A DNA stretch of 46,787 nt from an uncultured Candidatus Saccharibacteria bacterium. Its GTDB lineage: Bacteria; Patescibacteriota; Minisyncoccia; Phycocordibacterales; JACOZG01. Made by a program: the position numbers and the translations under genes. The notes beneath the pieces were generated by a model that saw nothing but the letters and a program-made list of their open reading frames with translations, was not told the origin of the DNA and made no database searches. Positions within the stretch are counted from its first letter, which is position 1. Each line of letters opens with the position of its first letter. The DNA is taken from contig CAYUHC010000004.1 in NCBI GenBank assembly GCA_964444555.1, positions 1-46,787 of the forward strand, read 5' to 3'. Positions 25,507 to 33,101 of this stretch are shown one piece after another.

Positions 25507-26730
25507 ATGCGGCGCCTTCTTATTATCATCCTTTTAGTAGCCATCAGCTTAGCCGGCGGCGGCTGGTGGTTGTGGCAAAGAGCCCAAACCAGTGGCGTTC
25601 TTTACGAGCCGCCAGCGGCTACCATCAACTTCCCCAAAGGCGAGGACCGCCCAGGCACCAGTCGCTCAACCAGCAGCGCCACTCTGATTCTGCCAGACCT
25701 CTCAAGTGGCCCACTCCAAACAGCCTCTAATCGACCGGTGGTCGGCGTGATGAGCTTCGGTTCGGCGTCTTCGTCCCTAGAAATCTACGCCGAAGCGGTG
25801 AGTGGTCATCTTTATCTCGCCGGTGGCGGCCGCCTCTCCAACACCACCATCGCCGGACTACGTCGGATCGTCGGGGCTAGCCAGGGCAAAAACATCAAAC
25901 TCCTTCTGACGACTCAAACAGGAACCATGCCCGAAACTTTGCTCGCCACCTTTATTCCACCCAAAGAAAACGCCAACAGCTTCGTTGATAACATCGAATC
26001 CGAAACCGCCCTCCAAACTCAAACACTATCTCGGCTAATTAGAGAACCGGTCATCAGTCCAACAGGCGATGCTTGGGCCTATCTCACCCCCAAAGGGACC
26101 AAAACTGAAGTCGTGATTAATCAATTCAGCAGTAGTAGTCCAATTTCGCTTTATTCTTCGCCGCTCGAAGAATGGATTCTCGATTGGCCAGCAACCTCGA
26201 CCATCACCCTTCAAACCAAACCCGCCAGCTTTATTTCTGGTACTTTAATTGGCCTAAATCCAAAAACTAAAGTGGCGACTCGACTAATCGGCGGGGTATC
26301 GGGTCTCTCAGCCAATCTAAGCCCCGATGGCCAAGCCATCGTCTACAGCGGCGCCGCCACTAATGGAATTTTTCTCGGACTTTACTACCCAGCCACGGAT
26401 CTATTAACCCGCGCACCTTTTATCACTCTGGCCGATAAGTGCACTTGGTCTAAAGATAGTCAAACTCTTTACTGCGCAGTCCCCAAAACCATCCCCACGG
26501 GCAATTATCCCGAAGATTGGTACCAAAGTAACGTTAATTTTAGCGATATTTTCTGGAAATTCGACCGCCGAACCAACCGAGCAGAAATTATTTACAATCC
26601 CGAATTAGCCAATCCTAGTCGGTCGCTTGATGCCGCCAATCTAGTCGTCAGCGTGGATGAAAGCAAACTCTACTTTAAAAATAAAGCTGACCAACTTCTC
26701 TGGAGTCTTAACCTTAAGACAGGATTTTAG
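25507..26730 (+). CDS. Membrane-anchored or secreted protein, possible beta-propeller (TolB-like repeats)
   Basis: The N-terminal TM is LLIIILLVAISLAGGGWWLW. Repeats of the type SPTGDAWAY and SPDGQAIVYSG resemble TolB/DPP-IV-type propeller blades. This is the last gene of the cluster and converges on yidC. Confidence 0.55.
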   Translation: MRRLLIIILLVAISLAGGGWWLWQRAQTSGVLYEPPAATINFPKGEDRPGTSRSTSSATLILPDLSSGPLQTASNRPVVGVMSFGSASSSLEIYAEAVSGHLYLAGGGRLSNTTIAGLRRIVGASQGKNIKLLLTTQTGTMPETLLATFIPPKENANSFVDNIESETALQTQTLSRLIREPVISPTGDAWAYLTPKGTKTEVVINQFSSSSPISLYSSPLEEWILDWPATSTITLQTKPASFISGTLIGLNPKTKVATRLIGGVSGLSANLSPDGQAIVYSGAATNGIFLGLYYPATDLLTRAPFITLADKCTWSKDSQTLYCAVPKTIPTGNYPEDWYQSNVNFSDIFWKFDRRTNRAEIIYNPELANPSRSLDAANLVVSVDESKLYFKNKADQLLWSLNLKTGF

Positions 26731-27436
26731 CTCGACGACGAACCCACAACTCGTGGACAATGGCAAAACAATTGCTCGTTACCCAATAGAGCACTACCGC
26801 GGCCGGAAAGCCTAACGCCACAAAAGTAATCATCACGGGGAAGATAAACCGCATTTGCATATTCATACTCCGAGCTAAGTCGGCTTTTAACGACGGCTGG
26901 TCTTGATTAGAGCTCTTGGGCAGGGGAGGAACCGCTAAACTGATTTGAAAATACTGGGAGACACCGGCCACCAACGCCAAAGGGATGCTACGAGCCGTTA
27001 GATCAAGTAGCCCCAAAAAATGAGCATTAACCCCGAGCGGCGGAGCAATAAACGCATACAACCACTGACTATTAATCGTTAAACTGTCACGAAAAACGTA
27101 AAACAAAGCAAACAGAATCGGTAATTGAATAAGCAAAGTCACAAAACCAGAAAATGGATTAACTCCGTGGGCACGATAAAGAGCCATAATCGCCTGGGCT
27201 TGAGCGGCGCTATCACTTTGATGTTTAGCTTTAAGCGCCGCAATCTCCGCCTCCAACTCCTTAAGCTTCTTCTGGGTGGTTAGCGCTCGATGTTGGAGAG
27301 GAAGTAACGCAAACTTAACTAACAAGGTTAATAAAATGATCGCCACACCTAAATCATGGCCAGGAACAATGGACGACAACCAAATCAAAAGATTGTAGAG
27401 CGGTTCAAAAAAAATCGTTCGAAAAAGAGCCCGCAT
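26714..27436 (-). CDS. yidC: YidC/Oxa1 family membrane protein insertase (short form)
   Basis: The 240-aa protein has FFEPLYNLLIWL, five TM segments and a coiled-coil loop (KKLKELEAEIAALKAK). Its conserved position is downstream of rnpA. Confidence 0.9.
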   Translation of the reverse strand: MRALFRTIFFEPLYNLLIWLSSIVPGHDLGVAIILLTLLVKFALLPLQHRALTTQKKLKELEAEIAALKAKHQSDSAAQAQAIMALYRAHGVNPFSGFVTLLIQLPILFALFYVFRDSLTINSQWLYAFIAPPLGVNAHFLGLLDLTARSIPLALVAGVSQYFQISLAVPPLPKSSNQDQPSLKADLARSMNMQMRFIFPVMITFVALGFPAAVVLYWVTSNCFAIVHELWVRRRAKILS

Positions 27437-27442
27437 AGAGAT

Positions 27443-27775
27443 TTATAGTATACCCGCTTCGCGCAGCAAAGACAGTATTGACGCCTTAAGTTCGGGATAG
27501 GAATAGTTAAGCAGGGGAGCGCCGAGGAAAAAAGCCCCTCCTTGACCTCGCTTTAAACGATAAAACTCTTGAGTAACCACGGCCCGGACCCGACGGCGAA
27601 GGCGATTACGATCAACCGCTCGACGCAGAGCTTTACGACCCACGATAAAGGCAAATCTAGGTCCAATTTGAGCATTTTGGAGAGGGTGGAGAGTTAACGA
27701 CAGCGGAAAATGGCCATATTTATGGCCATTTTTAATGACTGCGGTCAGAAAATCGCGGTCGAGAGCGTTTTTCAC
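27443..27775 (-). CDS. rnpA: Ribonuclease P protein component
   Basis: The basic RNR-type motif RRAVDRNRLRRRVRAV is present. The start is GTG. It sits in the rpmH-rnpA-yidC arrangement. Confidence 0.85.
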   Translation of the reverse strand: MKNALDRDFLTAVIKNGHKYGHFPLSLTLHPLQNAQIGPRFAFIVGRKALRRAVDRNRLRRRVRAVVTQEFYRLKRGQGGAFFLGAPLLNYSYPELKASILSLLREAGIL

Positions 27776-27778
27776 AAT

Positions 27779-27913
27779 TTAAACAGACAACCGAGCGCGA
27801 CCTTTACGTCGACGACTTTGCAAAACCTTGCGTCCGCCGGGCGTCCGACTCCGAACTAGAAAGCCGTGCGTTCGGGCGCGTTTGCGCTTTTTTGGTTGGT
27901 AGGTAACAGACAT
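27779..27913 (-). CDS. rpmH: 50S ribosomal protein L34
   Basis: This ORF is below the track cutoff and was read by hand: [44 protein letters not shown] (44 aa). That is a canonical L34 sequence. Confidence 0.9.
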   Translation of the reverse strand: MSVTYQPKKRKRARTHGFLVRSRTPGGRKVLQSRRRKGRARLSV

Positions 27914-28001
27914 GCGGCCATACTAGCTTATTTATCTAATTGGTTCAAGCCTAGAGCCGCCCAAGCGACTTATACTAAAGACATCCCCAGTTTCAAGTCA
28001 G

Positions 28002-28042
28002 TCATCCACAGTAATTCACAGCTTATTAACAGGTGGGGATAA
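28002..28042. promoter_or_regulatory. DnaA-box-like sites upstream of dnaA
   Basis: TCATCCACA (28002-28010), TAATTCACA (28012-28020) and TGGGGATAA (28034-28042, reverse complement TTATCCCCA) each differ from TTATCCACA by 1-2 bases. Confidence 0.4.
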
Positions 28043-28067
28043 GTTGCTTCTCCCTCCGACTAAAGCA

Positions 28068-28073
28068 TATAAT
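28068..28073 (+). promoter_or_regulatory. -10 hexamer TATAAT, 6 nt upstream of the dnaA ATG (leaderless-type promoter candidate)
   Basis: This is a perfect TATAAT. There is no purine-rich SD between it and the ATG at 28080. The same geometry recurs at many operon heads (see findings). Confidence 0.45.
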
Positions 28074-28079
28074 TGATCC

Positions 28080-29444
28080 ATGAATGATTTGGCTAAATTG
28101 TGGAACGAGGCTTTGCTAGATATCGAGACCACAATTTCTAAAGCCAACTTTGGCACGTGGTTTAAAAACACTCGGATTGTTCGTCACGATAGCGGCGTTA
28201 TTTACCTAGGCGTACCCAATGCCTTCGTTAAAGAATGGCTCTCCACTAAGTATCACAAATTTATCCTCAAAGCCGTCCGCAATCTCTACCCCGAAGTGCG
28301 CGCCCTGGAGTATCAGATCGTTAAAAACGAAGAAATGGCTAAGTTTAAGGTTGCCGACACCACTCCCAAGCCAATTTTTGGTGGGCAATTAGAAATGCCC
28401 GAGATTTACATCAACCGAGAAGATAATCTTAACCCCCGCTACGTCTTTGATAGCTTTATTGTTGGCTCTTTTAACGAATTAGCCCATGCCGCCACTCAAG
28501 CGGTGATCAGAAATCCTGGCAGTGTTTATAATCCACTCTTTATTTACGGCAACACGGGAGTAGGCAAGACCCATCTCATCCAATCAGCCGGGAATCATAT
28601 CAAAAAGAATTTGCCCCAGAAAAAGGTTTTTTACGTCACTTCGGAACAATTCGCGATCGACTACGTTAATGCCCTCCAAAGCAACAAAATTCACATTTTT
28701 AAGGAACGTTACCGTAAATATGACCTGCTAATCATTGATGACGTGCAGTTTTTCTCCAACAAAGACAAAATGCAGGAGGAGTTATTCCATTTGTTCAACA
28801 GTTTTCACGAGCAAAACAAACAAATCATCTTTTCTTCTGATAAACCACCTAAATACATCCCCAATTTAGAGGATCGCCTGCGCTCACGCTTCGAAGGAGG
28901 AATGATTGTGGACGTGGCTAAGCCAGATTATGAGTCTCGATTAGCGATTCTCCAGACCAAAGCTAAGCAAGCGGCGATTCCTCCCGGTGGAGAAATTCTA
29001 GATTTCTTAGCTAACTCCATTCAAGACAGTATTCGGGAGCTGGAAGGCACTCTAAATACCGTCATTTGCCAAGCGCAAGTAAAAAATCGCCCTCTCAGCA
29101 TCCAAGAAGTTAAATTATTGGTCAAAAATAACCTCAAACCCAAAAAAGTGCCCTCGGTTAAGAATGTTGCTGAAATCATTTCTTCTTTCTACAACATCGC
29201 CGAACGAGCACTCTACGACAAAACACGCCGCAAAGAAGTGGTTAAACCTCGTCAGATAATGATGTATATTCTCCGCGAAGACTTTAATACGTCTTACCCA
29301 ACTATCGGTCAGAAGTTAGGCGGTCGCGATCACACCACCGTCATTCACGCTTACGAAAAAGTAAAAAATGATCTGAAGGGCGACAGTGTTTTGACTCAAG
29401 AACTAGAACAGATCCGCACCATGCTTTATAACGAACAATCTTAA
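28080..29444 (+). CDS. dnaA: Chromosomal replication initiator protein DnaA
   Basis: Walker A is GNTGVGKTHL. Also present are LLIIDDVQFF and the sensor region. The C-terminal DNA-binding helix is RRKEVVKPRQIMMYILRE...IGQKLGGRDHTTVIHA. Confidence 0.95.
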   Translation: MNDLAKLWNEALLDIETTISKANFGTWFKNTRIVRHDSGVIYLGVPNAFVKEWLSTKYHKFILKAVRNLYPEVRALEYQIVKNEEMAKFKVADTTPKPIFGGQLEMPEIYINREDNLNPRYVFDSFIVGSFNELAHAATQAVIRNPGSVYNPLFIYGNTGVGKTHLIQSAGNHIKKNLPQKKVFYVTSEQFAIDYVNALQSNKIHIFKERYRKYDLLIIDDVQFFSNKDKMQEELFHLFNSFHEQNKQIIFSSDKPPKYIPNLEDRLRSRFEGGMIVDVAKPDYESRLAILQTKAKQAAIPPGGEILDFLANSIQDSIRELEGTLNTVICQAQVKNRPLSIQEVKLLVKNNLKPKKVPSVKNVAEIISSFYNIAERALYDKTRRKEVVKPRQIMMYILREDFNTSYPTIGQKLGGRDHTTVIHAYEKVKNDLKGDSVLTQELEQIRTMLYNEQS

Positions 29445-29451
29445 TCCCCAG

Positions 29452-29593
29452 TTATCACCAAAGTTATGCACAACAACCATTCATTAAACAGCTCTCTAAC
29501 TAAGGATATTTTGGGCTATCCACCTATCCACACCCCTAATAGTATTAGTAATAGAGTTATCTTTAAAATACTTTAATTAATACTATTAGAGAT
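29452..29593. other. Candidate oriC core: DnaA-box cluster plus AT-rich unwinding region in the dnaA-dnaN spacer
   Basis: The boxes are TTATCACCA (29452-29460), TTATGCACA (29464-29472), CTATCCACC (29516-29524) and CTATCCACA (29524-29532). They are followed by about 55 nt that are almost pure A/T (29538-29593). Confidence 0.5.
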
Positions 29594-30697
29594 ATGAAAT
29601 TTTCTTGTCCCACCTCCCAGTTACGTTTAGCGATCACGACCGCCGAAAGATTGACGGGGAAAAATTTGTCGCTGCCGGCCTTAGCTCATTTGTATTTGGC
29701 GGTAGTTGATGATCAGGTGGTAATTAGATCAACTAACTTGGATATTGGTTTGGAGCTAAAGTTGGCGGCTAACCAAACCAAGTCTGGCGCGGTGATGGTT
29801 TCGGGTGCGGTTTTGGGTAACTTCTTGAGTAATTTACCTAGTTCCCAAGAAATTACTGTTGAGTTAGATAAAAATATCTTGAAACTTAAAGGTGGACGGA
29901 CGCAAAGTTCAGTCGTAACTTATCCGGTTGATGATTTTCCGACAATTCCTCGTCTGACCGAAGGGGAGACGGTGGAATTTCCGGTGGCGACGATGGTCGC
30001 GGCTTTTAAAAATGTTTGGTATGCCGCTTCGTTGTCGGATATTAAGCCAGAAATTGCTAGTGTTTATGCTTACGCCGATAATCGTGATCTCGTCTTGGTC
30101 GCGACGGACTCCTTTCGTTTAGCGGAAAAGAAGGTTTCTTTTTCTGCAACCCTGCCTGATAATTTAAAATTAATTATTCCGTTCAAAAACGCGGTGGAAT
30201 TAGTGAGGGTGTTTGAGCACAGTGAAGAAGTTGCGACTTTGTCTTACACGGCCAATCAATTTACAGTTACGACTCCTACGGTTTTCTTTTCGTCACGTTT
30301 GGTTGACGGTATTTATCCTGATTATCGACAAATTGTTCCGACGGCTTCAACCACTCGAGTGGTGGTAAGCAAGCCCGAGCTGCAGAATGCTCTTAAAATC
30401 TCCACCATCTTCTCCGACAAGCTTAATCAGATCTCGCTACGCGTTGATGTGGAAAGTGGTCGCTGTGAGCTTTCTGCGCGCAATAGCGAGGTAGGAGAGA
30501 GTGCGACGGAGCTGTCGGCACGAGTGGAAGGCGAAACTTTGGAAGTAAGTTATAACGTTAAATATTTATTAGACGCTTTCCAGTCCTTAAATACCGATAC
30601 GATTTCACTTTCGTGGAATGGTAAACAACGACCTCTTTCAGTTATTGCCGTTGGCGATCCAAGCTTTTTGTATTTGGTAATGCCGCTCAATCGTTAG
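29594..30697 (+). CDS. dnaN: DNA polymerase III beta sliding clamp
   Basis: The protein is 367 aa with a three-domain clamp pattern (LVATDSFRLA, FSSRLVDGIYPDYRQIVP, MPLNR C-terminus). It lies directly downstream of dnaA. Confidence 0.95.
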   Translation: MKFSCPTSQLRLAITTAERLTGKNLSLPALAHLYLAVVDDQVVIRSTNLDIGLELKLAANQTKSGAVMVSGAVLGNFLSNLPSSQEITVELDKNILKLKGGRTQSSVVTYPVDDFPTIPRLTEGETVEFPVATMVAAFKNVWYAASLSDIKPEIASVYAYADNRDLVLVATDSFRLAEKKVSFSATLPDNLKLIIPFKNAVELVRVFEHSEEVATLSYTANQFTVTTPTVFFSSRLVDGIYPDYRQIVPTASTTRVVVSKPELQNALKISTIFSDKLNQISLRVDVESGRCELSARNSEVGESATELSARVEGETLEVSYNVKYLLDAFQSLNTDTISLSWNGKQRPLSVIAVGDPSFLYLVMPLNR

Positions 30698-30699
30698 GC

Positions 30700-30957
30700 A
30701 TGCAGGGAATCCATTTTTTTCTCGAAAAATTTCGCCATCTTGTCCCAGCTGATAAAGAGTTGAAAGAAGCGGTGGTCGCGGCTGTTAAGCAGGTAACGGG
30801 CCGTGATTTGCCCGTCGCTGATGTTTCGGTGCAGAAATGGAATGTTTACATCAAAACTAAACCCGCCTTGAAGAGCGAAATTTTTTTAAATCACGATGAG
30901 ATTAATCAGGCGCTAGAGAGGGCGTTAGCGAGTCGTCGACCGCGGCGAGTCGTCTAG
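30700..30957 (+). CDS. DUF721/DciA-like small protein (85 aa)
   Basis: The position after dnaN and the pattern VSVQKWNVYIKTKPALKSEIFLNHDEINQAL resemble DUF721 (...LTV.V.SSAWAQEL.F.K..IL..LN). This is a weak by-eye match. Confidence 0.45.
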   Translation: MQGIHFFLEKFRHLVPADKELKEAVVAAVKQVTGRDLPVADVSVQKWNVYIKTKPALKSEIFLNHDEINQALERALASRRPRRVV

Positions 30958-33063
30958 ATCTAATTTTTGGCTTTTGGCCCAGGTTTGGATCGGTTCTTCC
31001 CAGAGCGAATATTGCGGATCATTAGTCCGACCGAGCCAGTATAAAATTGAATGGATTTTAGGAATGATTTCTTCTTGGACGCCGTCATCGGTTTCGATTA
31101 AGCGACTTTCTCCGCCTTGCCAGTAACCACGATAATAGGGTGGCAGAGCAGGATCAATTGGTTCTGGATCATTAAAACGTTCGGTCGGAAGTTTTCGAAG
31201 GGCTTCTCTCATGAAGGCGTTCCACATTGGAGCCACAACTAAGCCGGCCACCTTCTTTTCGATGGGAGAATTATCATTATTTCCCGCCCAAGCGCCGACG
31301 GCGATGGTGGGAGTGTAGCCCATAATCCAAGTGTCGCGAAAATCGTTAGTGGTACCAGTTTTGGCAGCCACATCGTAGCCAGGCAAGTACAGGGGCGAGT
31401 TGGCCGAATAACTCGGTTGGCGAGCGTCGTTGTCTGAGAGAATATCAGAAATAACTCGGGCGGTATTGGGGGCCAAAACTTGCTCGGAAGCTTCTTCGAA
31501 CTCACGAATGACTGTACCGTCGCGTTCTTCGATCCGGAGGATGGCGGCGTAAGGATTTCTTACTCCTTCGTTAGCGAAAACGCCATAAGCGCTAGTTAAA
31601 TCAAGGAGAGAAACTTCACCACCACCCAAAACGAGGGTTAGACCATAGCGTCGCCAGTCGCCGAGAGTTTGGATCCCCATTCTTTTAGCCAAATCTAGTG
31701 TATCTTTAACGCCGGCTAAGTAGAGAACTTTAATGGCGGGAATGTTGATTGATTGAGCCAGGGCAGTGCGGAAGGTCATTGGTCCGCGGAATTGGTCATC
31801 ATAGTTGGAAGGGGCGTAACAGCGCTCCGGATTAGCCGAACAGCCGGTATCAAATTGGGTGGGTAGGTCAAAGATGGCGGTTTCAGAGGTGAAGCCCTTG
31901 TTTAAGGCCTCGGCATAAGCAAATGGTTTAAAGGTTGAGCCCGGTTGTCGTTTGGCTAGGGCAATATTGTAATTACCGTCAATTTCGTCACTAAAGTAAT
32001 CTTTGGAACCGACCAGGGTCAAGATTTGTCCGGTTTTGGGGTCGATGGCGACTAAAGCGGCGTTAGAGGCATTAAAGTTCTTTAAATTTTCGGCCGCGTA
32101 GTTGGTGACAATTTCTTCGGCTTTCTCTTGGAGTTCCCAATCGAGAGTTGTGATCACTTTATAACCTCGCGTGCGGATGGCCTCCTCGCCCAACTCTTTT
32201 TCTAATTGTTCGCGGACCATCAAGACAAAATGGGGCGCTCGAATGTTACCTTTGGGTGGTTTTTGAAAATCAACTTGGATTTTGTTGGCCGCTTCGCGTT
32301 GCTCTGACGTAATAAAGCCAATTTCCTCCATTCGCTTGAGGACTAAATTTTTCCGCTCTTCTAATTTATCCCGATGTTCACCGAAGGGGGAGTAGTAGGT
32401 CGGAGCCTTAGGAATGGCCGCTAGATATGCCGCTTCCGGTAGGGTTACCTCGGCCGCCGGTTTGCCAAAAAAGGCCCTCGCCGCTTCCTCGACGCCATAA
32501 ATTGTGCCGCCGTACGGTGACTCATTGAGATAAATGCTTAAAATTTGCTCTTTGCTGAGGACTCGCTCCATTTTGGTAGCCAAGATGGCCTCCTTGATCT
32601 TGCGAGTCCAAGTTTTTTCGGTGGTCAGGAGAGAGTTTTTAACCACTTGCTGACTAATCGTTGAGCCACCTTGGACTTTAGCCCCCGCTAAAATATTGAC
32701 GATCATGGCGCGGACAATGGCCATGGGCTTAACGCCCGAATGTTCGTAAAATTCGCTATCTTCAATGGCCACCGTCGCGTTCTTTATTTCTTTGGAGATG
32801 TCCTCAAAGGGCACCACCTGTCTTTTGACTTGATCATAGACGTCATAGAGCACCACTTTGCCCGTTCGATCATAAATTTTAGTTGACTCGCTGACGATAC
32901 GATTTTCGAAGGAGTCAAAATCGGGGAGGGGGAGAGTGGCGATCCAAAACAAAATTACTCCGGTTCCCAAGAAGCCGGCGATTAGGGCCAAGATTAGGGC
33001 GGAGCGCCACCAAGCGGGCAGCCGCCACCAAGTCCTTTTCCTCATGTTCTTTGATCGTAGCAT
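30925..33063 (-). CDS. Class A penicillin-binding protein (PBP1A family transglycosylase/transpeptidase)
   Basis: It has an N-terminal TM helix. The GT51 motifs are EDSEFYEHSGV and GGSTISQQ. The transpeptidase motifs are GSTFKP (SxxK), SIN and KTGTT. Confidence 0.9.
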   Translation of the reverse strand: MLRSKNMRKRTWWRLPAWWRSALILALIAGFLGTGVILFWIATLPLPDFDSFENRIVSESTKIYDRTGKVVLYDVYDQVKRQVVPFEDISKEIKNATVAIEDSEFYEHSGVKPMAIVRAMIVNILAGAKVQGGSTISQQVVKNSLLTTEKTWTRKIKEAILATKMERVLSKEQILSIYLNESPYGGTIYGVEEAARAFFGKPAAEVTLPEAAYLAAIPKAPTYYSPFGEHRDKLEERKNLVLKRMEEIGFITSEQREAANKIQVDFQKPPKGNIRAPHFVLMVREQLEKELGEEAIRTRGYKVITTLDWELQEKAEEIVTNYAAENLKNFNASNAALVAIDPKTGQILTLVGSKDYFSDEIDGNYNIALAKRQPGSTFKPFAYAEALNKGFTSETAIFDLPTQFDTGCSANPERCYAPSNYDDQFRGPMTFRTALAQSINIPAIKVLYLAGVKDTLDLAKRMGIQTLGDWRRYGLTLVLGGGEVSLLDLTSAYGVFANEGVRNPYAAILRIEERDGTVIREFEEASEQVLAPNTARVISDILSDNDARQPSYSANSPLYLPGYDVAAKTGTTNDFRDTWIMGYTPTIAVGAWAGNNDNSPIEKKVAGLVVAPMWNAFMREALRKLPTERFNDPEPIDPALPPYYRGYWQGGESRLIETDDGVQEEIIPKIHSILYWLGRTNDPQYSLWEEPIQTWAKSQKLDLDDSPRSTTR

Positions 33064-33101
33064 GGTGGTCAGACGCCGGCAAAGTATGATACATTCTTTT
33101 T

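Noticed and set aside
14159-26730. Annotating the T4SS-like cluster as an integrative conjugative element
   Set aside because: There is no relaxase, coupling protein, integrase or flanking repeats. By eye, the composition matches the neighbouring core genes, and the cluster abuts the origin-proximal core.
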